From assembly GCF_006345805.1 (NCBI RefSeq), contig NC_042998.1, positions 181,040,001-181,104,000 on the forward strand: a DNA stretch of 64,000 nucleotides, given 5' to 3'. Made by a program: the position numbers and the translations under genes. Numbering within the stretch: the stretch's first letter is position 1; every line of letters begins with the position of its first letter. Of this stretch, positions 26,818 through 41,093 are shown piece by piece. The notes beneath the pieces were generated by a model, which was not told where the DNA came from, searched no databases, and saw only the letters and a list, made by a program, of their open reading frames with translations. The DNA comes from Octopus sinensis. Lineage: Eukaryota.

Positions 26818-28520
26818 ATACATACATGCATACATACATACATGCATGCATACATACATGCATACATAAATACATACATACATACATACATACATACATA
26901 CATACATACATACATACATACATACGTACGTATATACATACATTGAAGTGTGTAGGAGAACTAGTTTAGTCACCCGACAGAAGCTAATGCACTGGTGTAA
27001 TACCGCTAAGTTGAACTTCACGACAGACGTTTCCACTCAGATAAATAACTCAAGCTGCATGTATTTGTACGAAAATATTTACTTTATCAGTCATCGATGT
27101 GGGTGGCGAGGATCTAAGTAGCTGGTATAAGATGTAACGGTCCGAAACAGCAACTATATTTAATAACATTATGAGAATTTATTAGCCCCCCTCTAGCCAA
27201 ATGATAGTATGTCACACTTAAGGTGACGTTATTCATACAAGTCTACAACTCTATCTAACAATAGATTCCTGTTAGTCAGATTTGACATGATTCCTTACAT
27301 GAAAACAATAATTCATTCAGAAAAAAAAAAAGCATAAATATTATAAAAATATAATAGTATAGAAACTATCAGAGATATGGTATCGAACCTATCAGCATTG
27401 TTTTGTGTAAAAAAAATACGGTAAAAACACAGGATGAACTACATATGAAATATGAAACCTATATTCCTAAGTTTTCTATAAAAGATCATCTTTCTTCTAA
27501 AATTATATCATGTTTTACTCTACTTCAGAGTTACAGCAAAGATTCTGTGTACTTTATTTTATTTGTGTCTTTTTTTCTTTATTTTTTGTTTTTTTTTTTT
27601 TTTTTTTGAAAGCATTGACAACTATTTTTGTTCAGCATGGATAAACATACAGGCTTTGCCAGCTAAATCATTGTTCTTCAGACTGAACTGATTCCATTGA
27701 AATAAACATTGAAACTTTTGCTTTATTTCCTCCTCTCAGCTCGATGACAAATTGCGTAGTTCCATTATCAGAAAAACACCAACAAATGTCATTTCCGCCG
27801 CTACTATACTAATTATCATAATAATTGGTATTTATTGTCTTTTTCTGCCCCTTTCAATTGAACTCAGAGCTGCTAATTTTTACTATTATGCTTTTAGTTC
27901 CAATACTCCCATGTTTATGAAATATCATAGCAACGTAACAGTGAAGAGACGATGAATAAAAACAGACAGAAACAAAGCATTTTATGTTAATATTTCCATC
28001 TATGGCAGTTATAACAACATATAGCACTTATCATAAGATGAATGCGCTTTTAGTGGAACACCGACGTATCATTTCAACAACGTTCGTTAACAAAAGATCC
28101 TGCTACACTCATATTTTTTCAATAACGTCTATCGCTTATAATGCATTAATAAAATCACTCTTCGAAAGCAAACCAACGATTTTAGATTTACAATTTAGGC
28201 TGATGTAGGGAATATCTTAATGAAGATATACTCGCAAGATTTGGCTGAAGCTACATCTAACAAGCTCAAGTTATATTGGTTGTCGACAATAAACGTTGTT
28301 GTTGACACAATCCCTTTCGAAATTCCACTAAAGGACGTTAAATTTATCTCTGAATTTCACACAAACACAAACACACACGCACATATACATATATAAATAC
28401 AGACATATATATATATATATATATATACAGAGAGAAAATAGATATATATATATGCATATTTACACATACAAACATATATACATATATACATATATACAAA
28501 CACATGCTAAATACGTAAAA

Positions 28521-28558
<38 letters not shown>

Positions 28559-28559
28559 A

Positions 28560-28776
28560 ATGTGACCTCGTGTGTACCGTTGGCGAATTTTTTTTCTTCT
28601 GTCTTCCCTTCTCTGGATCTTTCCATCTCCTATGTTTCCGACGAAGAGCTCCGCTGGAAACGTTAAACCCTCCTTCTTTCCTTCTTTCCTTCTTTCCTGA
28701 ACGTGCAATAATACTATATTTGTTCCACGTCCTCGCGTTGTTGTGTTTTTTTTTGTGCTTTCTTGTTTGGATTAAA

Positions 28777-28780
<4 letters not shown>
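28560..28780 (+). mobile_element. Hammerhead element H2, third copy
   Basis: 28634-28668 gttt-CCGACGA-a-gagc-tcc-gctg-GAAA-cgtt-aaac (stem I gttt/aaac). (TA)n on both sides. Confidence 0.8.
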
Positions 28781-28807
<27 letters not shown>

Positions 28808-28853
28808 GCATAGGTATATTGTGAGAAAAATATTTATCTAGATAGATAGATCA

Positions 28854-28976
<123 letters not shown>

Positions 28977-29257
28977 TGCGCACAATTAAAAAAATAGTAT
29001 TTTAAGATACATAAAACAGAGAACACGTCCTTAACATAGAATTCAATGCATGCGCAGTATTTAATATATTTGTATATAACGGTTTTCACTCTTGCAAATT
29101 TAGCGACTATCATGCACATGCCATGCCTATGTATAGGTTTCAAGGTCATAAACATGTATATATACTTGAGTGAGTATGCATTGCATATATAAGTGTGTGC
29201 GTGTGTGTGTTCGTCTGTCTGTGTGTCTGTGTCTGTGTGTGTTCATATATGTATGTA

Positions 29258-30222
<965 letters not shown>

Positions 30223-30230
30223 ATATATAG

Positions 30231-30271
<41 letters not shown>

Positions 30272-31000
30272 TATGTGTGCGCTCGTGCACACACATATGT
30301 ATCATATATACATATATACATACATACATACATACATACATACATACATACATACATACATACATACATACATACATACATACATACATACATACATACA
30401 TACATACATGTACATTAGGCATCAATGTCATGCATAATGTGTAGCCGCTGTTGACAGCGAGGGCATACGCCTTATAGATGTGCTGTGCTAAAAGACAATA
30501 TACATCAGAGGAAGACAAAATATCTTACCCACTAAGGCTAACTTGAGCATCGGATGGATTTTGGCCTTCTTGGCTCTGTTAAATGACATACCTTCAGGCA
30601 AATACCTACAAATTCTGACGCCTCCGATGACATATTCAGACATTTCGATTAGTCGCAGAGATAAATAAAAATCTGGGTCGTATGTACAGTAAGTGTATAC
30701 ATTAAGAACGATGACACATTGGTGCCGTTTTTAGTTTAATGCTATTTCAATTGTTTTCGCTGGTCCATTATTCCACCGGCAGCTATTTTATATATCAGTG
30801 AATGTAATCACTCTTTTGTCTATCAATCGTGATGATGTGATAGATTTCGTCTAAGCATGTGGCTGCGAGTACACGCCATTGGTAATGCCCAGAAACATCG
30901 AAATTGACGCACAACATACACACACACAGACATACATACATAAATGTATATAACACATATATATACATACATATATATATATATACATATATATATATAC

Positions 31001-31095
<95 letters not shown>

Positions 31096-31872
31096 CACAT
31101 GTTTGTGTGTGCGTGTGTGAGAGTATGTGTGTATGTGCGTGTGTGTGTGTGTGTGTGTGTGGTGTGTGTGCGTGTGTGCGTGTGTGTGTGTGTGTGTGTG
31201 CATATACATGTAGTCTACAACGATACCAATATATTTGTTCTCTCGTCATTTTGTTTTGATATAAACTTCTAGATGAAACATCTCATAACCAATCACAAAT
31301 ATATCTAAATTGGCATGGACGTCTTCAGAAATATGTTCTTTAATTGCGTTATTGGAGCTCATAAATGTATACGCATTGAATGTTCCAATTGATGTGAGAC
31401 TCAAAAAGCTGAAAATATATCACAACGATACCGGATGAAAATTTCAGCTGAGATTTTGGTATTGATTTTCCCTTTCTCTCCAAATTACTGTCATTTTGCT
31501 AAAATTAGAAAATAATATTTCCTTGTGTATTAGTTGTGAATTATATCTCTCTTAATCCCTGACAAAGCAGACATGGGATCAAATATCTTCCTATGTTGGA
31601 ATTATACTATTTGTTTCTTTTCTTTCATAGTATTTCAAAAACTGTAACATATATAGATCAAATAAGGTTGAAGCAAGAATTTTCTGTTTAACGTCTGTTC
31701 CAACACAGAAATCTGGAAAAGGATCCAGTAAGTTATTTGTCTTATCATACTTAATGAATAAAGAAATTTGTAATCGGTTTAGGCACAACGGTATAGAACA
31801 TGAAGTGTTATACCATCACCATCAGTAAGTAAGGCATGTTCAGGAAGGCACACGTCGAATATGAATTATGAT

Positions 31873-32088
31873 TTGCAACACAAGGAGAAAATGAAGTAAA
31901 CGTGAAAAAATGTAAATATTGACATTACATCGCGGACTACTGGTTCATTTTTTGTCTGTTCTGAGCAAAAAGATTTCAAAGCTGACCGCAAAAGATTTGA
32001 AAGTAAATACAAAGAGGAATCAAAGAGAAGATGCTGGTGCTCTAATTGTTGTGTTCCCATTGTCATATTTCTTTTAGTCTTCATATAA
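31873..32088 (+). pseudogene. Possible synaptobrevin/VAMP-like (R-SNARE) processed pseudogene
   Basis: Across frameshifts: LQHKE.EVNV..VNIDITSR-(29 nt)-AKDFKADRKRFESKYKEESKRRCWCSNCCVPIVIFLLVFI*, resembling ...VNVDKVLER-10aa-[26 protein letters not shown] plus a TM segment. Aligned by eye only. Confidence 0.45.
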
Positions 32089-32211
32089 GCTTACGAAGCC
32101 ATTTTAGTACACACAGATTCAATAGAATTAAATTCCCAACGTAGAGAGATTCCATCTCTGACAACGACGATAGATACACAGACAGACAGACAGGTAGATA
32201 TATATATATAT

Positions 32212-32284
<73 letters not shown>

Positions 32285-32851
32285 CAGATAGATAGACAGA
32301 TATGTGTGTATGTCTGTGTGTGTGTTTATATAAATAAACATCTGCAGTCACTAACATTGTAATCTAGGTTACCAGGCTGCAAGCGGGGTCTTAACTAGCA
32401 CACAATTGTGACTAACTAACATACATGAAAGTTTATATCTCCGTGTATTGATGTATGTATGTTCATGGATGTATACTTGTATAAGGATGCGCGTGTATGT
32501 GTGAATGTATATGTGTGTTTTCAGGCGAGTGTGTGTGTGGATAGTTTATAAATATATATAAACATACAATTCTGGAGGCGTGCAGCTTATATTTGTATAA
32601 CTGCACGTATCTGCATGATATATTTTGTCTACAAATGTAGTTGGATGCATGCATGTGAGTGTGTGTGTGTGTGCGTATGCGTGTATTTGTGTGTGTGCGT
32701 GCGTCTGTGCGTGTAAGTTTTGTATTGTGTATGAATGTAAGTATATCTATTAAGAGATGTTTATCGATAAATGCGTTTAAGTACTCTATGTGCATATATA
32801 TATATACACACACACACACACACGCACACAGATGTGTGTGTGAGTGTGTGT

Positions 32852-32886
<35 letters not shown>

Positions 32887-33159
32887 ATAGCATTTCTTTG
32901 TTTATATATATCTGCACAAACACACATACAAACACACAAACGCACACGCACACACACACACACACACATACACACACACGCACATACACACATACACACA
33001 CACAGATTAATATACACCTACAGGCACATATACATTAAATCTGTGTTGTTACATGCACTTAACCGTAGGTATTTAAGGTGTATAAACGACTGCCATCACG
33101 TGACCACCATCACCCTGAACGGAACGTCAGGTTAAAATTGCCAGCAATTACTGGAACTC

Positions 33160-33293
33160 AATGAAAGCTGAGTGGATTGGAGCAGAGTGAAATGAAGTGT
33201 TTCGTTCAAGAACACAATGAATCACCCGGTCTGGGAATCGAAAAGACGGTCTTATGATCATGAGTGCCATGCCCGAAATACTATGCTGCACGC
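33160..33293 (-). mobile_element. SINE family C, 5' fragment
   Basis: agctgagtggattggagca...gtgaaatgaagtgtttcgttcaagaacacaa...ggtctgggaatcgaa...atgatcatgag. Confidence 0.75.
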
Positions 33294-33484
33294 TTTGATT
33301 ATTGTTATGTAATTATACATAGATGCATTGCACAATTAATAAAACACTAAATATTTATATATAATTGCCTTTTATATTGAAAGTATATACTAGTGAAATA
33401 TTGGCGCTCCGATCACAGAAAAGCTTCTTTCAGCCATCAGATTTAACATCCAAGAAACGATTCAAGCAGTTCTAATTTCATTAG

Positions 33485-34000
33485 ATGTCTTGCAAACAAC
33501 TTGCACATGTAAGTGCTACCACTCAAAACTCCGCATACTGGAAGCCAGCAAGTGTATGGGGTCTTCAGAAGAGAATGAGCGACGTTTCGGTGCCCACATC
33601 TCGACGGCATCAATGCGCAGCGGACCCCTCACTGATATGAGGCCCCGCTTGCTAGATCAACTGGTTATCAAATAAAGCTCAATATTCTTCTAGCCATCGT
33701 TCATCATCTCTTTTTAACCAAATCCAGTGGCTAGCCTTCTCCACTGTAGTTTGGATATCAGCCATGGTGGTACTGACTTTACGATGAGTCAGGCCTAACG
33801 ATAACAACAGTCATCTCACACTGTGTCCAACAAACCCTCTACATTCGACTTCGATTGGAAAATGCTCTGCTTTCCAGCCTGCGTCTTCACATTCCTCGAG
33901 GAGGTTTACATAAAGGTCAATCTTTCGAGCTCGAGCGGCTTCCATATTATCTTCATGAGGAACCGTTAACTCGACTAGATTTACAACTTTCCTTCTTTCA
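33485..34000 (-). mobile_element. Hero-like RLE non-LTR retrotransposon 3' fragment
   Basis: KVVNLVELTVPHEDNMEAARARKIDLYVNLLEECEDAGWKAEHFPIEVECRGFVG...LGL...VEKASHWIWLKRDDERW* (stop 33679-33681). The ELTVP, EVGCRGF and S.W.W.KR motifs are typical of Hero. A 3' UTR follows. Confidence 0.88.
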
Positions 34001-34718
34001 CAGATAGATTAATTTTTATATATACTTATATGTATGTGTATGTGTGTGTACGTATGTTTGTATGTACAAATACATTTAACACGTTCGTATACGCTTCAGC
34101 GTGGAGTGACTTTTGCTGCTGTAGTAATTGTCACAGCAAGGAATATAAAAACACAGCAAGCAGCAGGGGTGTCAGGGATGTCATCAGATAGCAAGAAACG
34201 TGTTTCTGTGTGGTTGCATATTATTTGAAAATTGGAGCTTCAAAAGCTACAAAACCTAGTTTCATGTTACCGTTCGTCACCTACATGAGTGTCTCTAACT
34301 GAGTTTGTGAAAGTTTATAGGTAGATAATTGCTCTTACATACTAGATAGGAATTTTCAAAAATTTTACTTTGAGCAACAAGAAAATTATGACATTCATGT
34401 CGTTCTGAAAACGAGTATTGAAACTTAACACTGTACGCTTAACTATCGACTAACTCTACCACTGTAAGGCCCAACAAAATAATGTTTTATACGGTTTTTG
34501 TCAGACACAATTAATGTCAGATATAAGGAAAATGGACGTAATAAATAAGCACAAATTTTCTACGTCATTTGATAAGTCGTTGGGCAATTTGAAATGAAAA
34601 TAAATTTCACACGAATATCTCAAAGTACGTCTGTGAGTGATGCCTCATCCTCAAACACAAACGTACACAAATGCAACTAAAATATGCACACATTCAGCTA
34701 AGTGCATATATATACACT

Positions 34719-34757
<39 letters not shown>

Positions 34758-35083
34758 ATATATATATATATATAAGTACATGTATATGTGTATATATATA
34801 CATATATACATGTGAAAATAAATATCTTATGCATATATATTTATTTATAAATACATAAACACACACTTATACATACATATACATATATGAGTGCCTGTGT
34901 GTGCATACATATATGCATACATACATGCATACGTAGATACATATACATACATACATATACTCAAGTAATTATTTTGAAAGTAAATAAAACAAACTACTAT
35001 TGCCAGACACACAAGCGCATTCGCACATAGATTCAGCATAGTATATTTGCTTAAAGCTACTTACAGACACACAAATGCGCGCA

Positions 35084-35114
<31 letters not shown>

Positions 35115-36050
35115 CACATGCTTAAATATACACCTACATATGTATACATATATAGAAGTACACACATGCATATAAATATACGTATATATATGTGTGTATA
35201 TGTGTGTGTTTGTGTGTGTTGGTTTGTGTGTTATAAGAGACAGTTTGGGTGAAATGAAGGGGCTATATATGTATATATGTAAGTAATTTAGGTTGAAACC
35301 AAAGTATAAAACTGAATCACTGAATGAATATGTCTGTTTTGGCGATGGAATTTTGTTTTATTTACTATCAAAGAAATTACTTGAAAATATGACAGTTTAC
35401 ACCTTGCGTGTTTCTCTCGATAAACTTTATACCATTTAGTCATGTACTATTAGTCAAAGTCATGTAATTTCTCTGTTTCGTTCTCTTGACAGGTGTCGTT
35501 AACATTCTCTACTTTGTTGACAGGTCTAAATTATAGAAAAGATAGTCTATTTTATTTTTAGCTTGTTTTCGCTTTTTATTATAATTCTTTTCATCATAAT
35601 ATATATATTTTTGGCGTACAAAACAAGGCGTTAAACGAACGGTTTTTCTCGATTTGACTGTTTTGTTGTTTGTGGTTATATTTCTTTTTGCAAAATTCTC
35701 TAATTGCTAACTTAATAAACAGATTAAAACAATATTTTTATTTAATTTTTTCTTTGTCTCGAGGTTTTAGCTGTTATTATTTGCACCATGTCAACCCAGG
35801 TGAAGCATTCATAAAGTCATCTTGTGTGTGATTTAAGCCAGTATGGCTGCCAACGGCCCATTATGTTAGGGGTATGGCCTGTCTTGACTAATAAGAGATG
35901 ATCTACTCGGTGTCTACCATCATTATGCATTATTCACGAACTATTGTCTAAATAAGCATGCGTATACGACTAAACGGGTGTCAATTTCGAAGTTGCAATG
36001 GAGACATTCATCAGCTGATTCGCAAGCACTATAATCTCTATTACATCTAT

Positions 36051-36375
36051 GTGGAGGCGCGTGGCTTAGTGGTTAGGGTGTCAGCATCATGATCGTAAGA
36101 TTGTGATTTCGATTCCTAGACCGGGCGACGCGTTGTGTTCTTAAGGCGGCGGGCTGGCAGAAACGTTAGCACGCCGGGCGAAATGCTTAGCGGTATTTCG
36201 TCTGCCGTTACGTTCTGAGTTCAAATTCCGCCGAGGTTGACTTTGCCTTTCATCCTTTCGGGGTCGATTAAATAAGTACCAGTCACGCACAGGGGTCGAT
36301 CTAATCGACTTAATCCGTTTGTCTGTCCTTGTTTTTCCCCTCTGTGTTTAGCCCCTTGTGGGTAGTAAAGAAATA
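36051..36375 (+). mobile_element. Chimeric SINE: family C head fused to full family A, single 18-bp TSD
   Basis: C head at 36051-36141 (gtggaggcgcgtggcttagtggttagg...gcgttgtgttctt), then A at about 36144-36375. TSD aatctctattacatctat at 36033-36050 and 36376-36393. Confidence 0.92.
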
Positions 36376-36428
36376 AATCTCTATTACATCTATTGCGCAT
36401 TTTTTCTTTCCTATGAAAACAAAGCAGC

Positions 36429-36460
<32 letters not shown>

Positions 36461-36909
36461 TCGCTTCTGTTTTCAACTATTTGAAATCTTCCTCTGAGGA
36501 AGAGTTGATTTCTAACAAAGAAACAAAACTCATCACTGTAATCTAGATAACTAAAACAAATACACATTTGGAACTTCAGAAAAACTCATGCATATTTTTA
36601 TTGTTTCACTTACAAATTGTATTTGTGTTGTGCGAATTGGTTGTTTTCTTTTGCTGAAAACCCTAGTCTATCCAGTTTTTCACTTAGGTATTTATTCACG
36701 AAACTAGCTGCACCATTTATTGTTGATATAAATGTGAATCAATAACCTATGACGGTATGCACTTTTTCTTTTCTGTCCCAAACAACAATATCTGTTGTGT
36801 TATGTTTGTACTTTTTACGTATGTTTCTGTGTATATATATATATGTTTCTGCTTCAATAAAAATCATCAGTACAGCATTATGCTACCTTGACTCCAGTCA
36901 GACAAAATA

Positions 36910-37479
36910 TTGGGTTGTCCAGAAAGTTCGTGCCGATTTATAGTAGCTTACCTTCCAATTTATTTTAGAACGTGGTTGAGTCCATAAAATAGGATTCGAC
37001 TACACCTCCATTTAGAGCACAGTTTAAGCTGTCTTTCGTGGGTGAAAGGTTTATGTTCCTATAACCTGTATTAATTCTGTAACCCTTTAAAATGGAAGAT
37101 AAGTGAGTTCATTTTCGGCACTTGATGCTTTGGGAACCAGATAAATATTGCTGCAGCTCAGCTGGGATGTGTTACCCCACCCTCCATATTCACCAGATAT
37201 TGCTCCTTCGGATTTCCACTTATTCAGGTCTCTGCAGAATAATCTTAATGGTAAAAATTTCAATTCCTTGGATGAAGTAAAAAGATGCCTTGATGAATGA
37301 ATTCTTTGCCATGAAACCACCTCAATTCTGAGAAGAGGGTATATTCAAGTTAAAGGAAAGATGGAGACGCACTGTGCAACAAAATGGTTCATATTTGGTT
37401 GATTAAAAATCTAATGGCAAGTATTTATTGACCTTTTACTTTCCTTTAAAAATCGGCACGAACTTTCAGGACAACCCAA
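36910..37479 (+). mobile_element. Non-autonomous (internally deleted) mariner transposon
   Basis: 30-bp TIRs ttgggttgtcc(a/t)gaaagttcgtgccgattt, TA on both sides. Transposase C-terminus WDVLPHPPYSPDIAPSDFHLFRSLQNNL...GIFKLKERW...NGSY. Confidence 0.96.
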
Positions 37480-37754
37480 TACTTAGAAATATACAAAAAA
37501 AAAAGTAAGGAACATTTTTGACCTACGCTGTGTGTTCTAGTTTTTCTTACTCAGCTGATATTTCTATACAAATAATAATCCCCAATAATATTTGTGTAGT
37601 TGTCGGCTGAAATTGTAATAACCACATTTATGCATTAGTTAATGTATACACACACGCGCGTGAGGAAGCATGCAAACATTATTTACTTACACCAACATAT
37701 ATGCTCACATCACATGTGTGCACATGTATGTTTGTATGTAAATTTGTAGATATA

Positions 37755-37791
<37 letters not shown>

Positions 37792-37833
37792 TTGTGCGTG
37801 TGTGAGTGTGTGCATGTTTGTATGTATGTGTGC

Positions 37834-37874
<41 letters not shown>

Positions 37875-38019
37875 GGTGTAATATTTATATTCATGTACAC
37901 GTATATATACATAAATTCTTAAGTGTGTACATATATATGCATATGCATATTTTTAAGTTTGTATATTTCTTTATGTGAATGCGTATGTATATATATATAT
38001 ACATACATGTATAATATAT

Positions 38020-38062
<43 letters not shown>

Positions 38063-38595
38063 GAATTGTGTGTGTGTACGTGTATGTGGCAGAAAAGACA
38101 GGGAATGGTAAATTGAAAAAGAAGGAGTGTCTGTGAACGTATGCATTCTTCCAATACAAAGAAAACAAAAACCAAACTGATAAAAGCAATCTTTCCTTTG
38201 AACAGCATGTGTTTTACAAGGTACATCTACAAGCACACATCATAGCGAAACAGCAAAGACGTATTTCGACACGTGTTTCAGTTTATTCGCATTGATGCAG
38301 ACTTCAGCGTCGAACAAATATTTCCATTGGTAAAGTAAATGCCAAACATTACTTTGTAGAATATACCAGGTGTCTTCAAAGACTTTTCCCGAAGTCTCTC
38401 GAATGGTTATGATTCATATCAACAATATAATTGAAACACCGAAGAAGTCTAGTATCGCAACTACTACATAAGGCCAGATGCTCTTCCCCAAGAACTGGGA
38501 GCTGATTAATTAGTTAATTTCAAATGATGTGATACTATATATATATATATATAATATATATATATATATATACATATACATACACACACACACAT

Positions 38596-38641
<46 letters not shown>

Positions 38642-38734
38642 CTCAGAATATACGTTGAGATATGTGCGAATGTATTTCATTTCTAATTTTATTTGTTTAT
38701 TGGTTTCTGTCCCTCAAGTGTTGTTACAGTATAC

Positions 38735-39076
38735 TCTTACTCTTTATTCTTTTTTACTTGTTTCAGTCATTTCACTGCGGCCATGCTGGGGCACCGCCTT
38801 TAGTCGAGCAAATCGATCACAGGGCCTATTCTTTGGAAGCTTAGTACTTATTCTATCGGTCTCTTTTGCCGAACCGCTAAGTTACGCGGACGTAAACCCA
38901 CCAGCATCGGTTGCCAAGCGATGATGGGGGAACAAACACAGAAACACAAACACATACACACGCATACGTACGTACATACATACATACATACATACATACA
39001 TACATACATACATACATACATACATCCATCCATCCATCCATACATACATACATACATACATACATACATACATACA

Positions 39077-39112
<36 letters not shown>

Positions 39113-39280
39113 TGTACGATGGGCTTCTTTCAGTTTCCATCTACCGAATCCACTCACAAGGCTTTGGTCGGCCCGAGACTATAGTACAAGACACTTACCC
39201 AAGGTGCAACGCAGTGGGACTGAACACAGAACCATGTGGTTGGTAAGCAAGCTACTTACCACACAGCCACTCATGCGCCT
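38735..39280 (-). mobile_element. SINE family B, full length
   Basis: Complete 3' half, (CATA)n spacer, and 5' half ending cttaccacacagccactcatgcgcct. Confidence 0.93.
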
Positions 39281-39554
39281 GTATATATGACCATTTTCAA
39301 AAGTTTTAGTCGATTTGATCATATATACTACAGTACTTCTTTTGGTATTTTAATGCTCTATTTTATGATCTATTTGTCGGACCGTTAAGTTAAAGTTTTA
39401 AGTAAAGATCGTTTTTGAGTCATATACGACGGTTTTTATGACGTATATATTCCCACGCCCACTGGACGGGACATCGATCCGTCGCAGGATTAGTTACTTT
39501 TGGCAGCTGAACCGACTGGAGCAACATGGAATGGAATTTTAAATGGGTGCATCT

Positions 39555-39925
39555 AAATGACCAGAAGAGAATTAATGCATTCGAGCTTTGGTGTTGGAGA
39601 AGACTTTTTCGGATTCCATGGACAGCGAGGCTCACCAATGGAGAAGTTCTTAAGCAGATAAGGCCGAAAATGTCGCTAGAAGCTAGGATCACCAAGCATA
39701 GATTGGCATATTTCGGTCATATTATGCGGAGAAGGACATCATGCTCGGAATGGTCAGTGGCAAGAGAGGAAGAGGGCGACCAAGAACCCGCTGGCTTGAC
39801 ACCCTCAAGAGTGATACCGGAATGGACATAGCCAATCTGAAAGAAGCGGCCCAGAATAGAACTGACTGGAGGACACTGATCCAACGAGTGACCGAGAGTC
39901 GACTTCGACTGAGCGGATAGACAGA
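39555..39925 (+). mobile_element. RTE-clade (BovB-like) LINE 3' fragment
   Basis: KRINAFELWCWRRLFRIPWTAR.TN.EVL...LEARI.K.RL.YFGHIMR, then frameshift to EKDIMLG.VSGKR.RGRPR.RWLD...LKEAAQNR.DWR.LI.RVT.SR.RL.G*. Confidence 0.93.
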
Positions 39926-40084
39926 GAGTATCTAAATAGCAGCATAATTTAATGACGTACACAGAAACACTGAGACAGACAGATATTCAAACACAGCCGC
40001 AAATACGTTACATGTCACACATACGGTATAACTTGCATTGCGTAAGACCCCTTTCACTATCTGCTGATTTGAGGTCACAACCTT

Positions 40085-40166
40085 TTTAGCACCTCCCGAT
40101 TGCGCTACTTCATTAAGCTGCGACAGGGAGTATTTAGCACCTCTCGATTGCGTTACTTCGTTAAGC
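40085..40166. repeat. 34-bp direct repeat (2 copies)
   Basis: tttagcacctc(c/t)cgattgcg(c/t)tacttc(a/g)ttaagc twice, 14 nt apart. Confidence 0.85.
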
Positions 40167-40678
40167 AGCTACCAGAGAATATCCGGGTTCTTTCAGCCCA
40201 CTCTGCAAAACACGCTTATCTTTCGTCATATTTGGACCTCCTACACCAACCCGGATGCAGCATTAACCTGCCTAATTATCTAACAACTATTTTGTTTTAC
40301 TACAAGCAGAGGATTGGTTCTTTGTTCTTGTGTTCTCGGTTTTGTATTCTCCCCCTCCTCGCCGCCCCTCTCTCTTCCTCCCTTTCTCACTCGCCCTCTC
40401 TTTCTCTCTATCCCTCCCTTCTCTCTATTTCTATTGGATTGGGTTATGTTGAATCAGAAGAAGTGTTGCCGAAAAGGAAAAAAAAGTTGGCTGAACAACT
40501 AGCAAACTCCTCTCATAGAAAAATAGTGAAATGCAACTGGAAGAGTCAATAAGCAGCACGATGAAAGTCAGAAAACATAATGGAAATAAAGAAGATTCAT
40601 TACGACAGACATCGATAATAAATACAAGATTAGCAATTATCGGTCAACAATATATGAAGATATATTTTCCAGTCGCAG

Positions 40679-41093
40679 TGGCGGCGAGCTGGCAGAATCG
40701 TTAGCACGCCGGGCGAAATGCGTAGCCGTATTTCGTCTGTCATTACGTTCTGAGTTCAAGTTCCACCGAGGTTGACTTTGCCTTTCATCCTTTCGAGGTC
40801 GATTAAATAAGTACCAGTTACGCATTGGTGTCGATATAATCGACTTAATCCGTTTGTCTATCCTTGTTTGTCCTCTCTGTGTTTAGCCCCTTGTGGGTAG
40901 TAAATAAATAGGTATTTCGTCTGTCGTTACGTTCTGAGTTCAAATTCCGCCGAGGTCGACTTTGCCCTTCATCCTTTCGGGGTCGATAAATAAAGTACCA
41001 GTTACGCACTGGGGTCGATGTAATCAACTTAATCCGTTTGTCTGTCCTTGTTTGTCCCCTCTATGTTTAGCCCCATGTGGGCAATAAAGAAAT
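40679..41093 (+). mobile_element. SINE A tandem dimer (tail type 1)
   Basis: Full unit at 40679-40910, then re-entry at ggtatttcgtctgtc and a second body plus tail to 41093. Confidence 0.92.

Noticed and set aside
30418-30580. GPCR-like CVAAVDS...SIGWILAFL (similar isolated pieces at 24110-24170 and 27775-27860)
   Set aside because: Isolated motifs with wrong spacing or missing key residues; too weak to call without a profile search.
33555-33625. Minus-strand GAAACGUC...CUGAAGA in the Hero-like 3' UTR as a permuted hammerhead
   Set aside because: Stems I and II do not pair.
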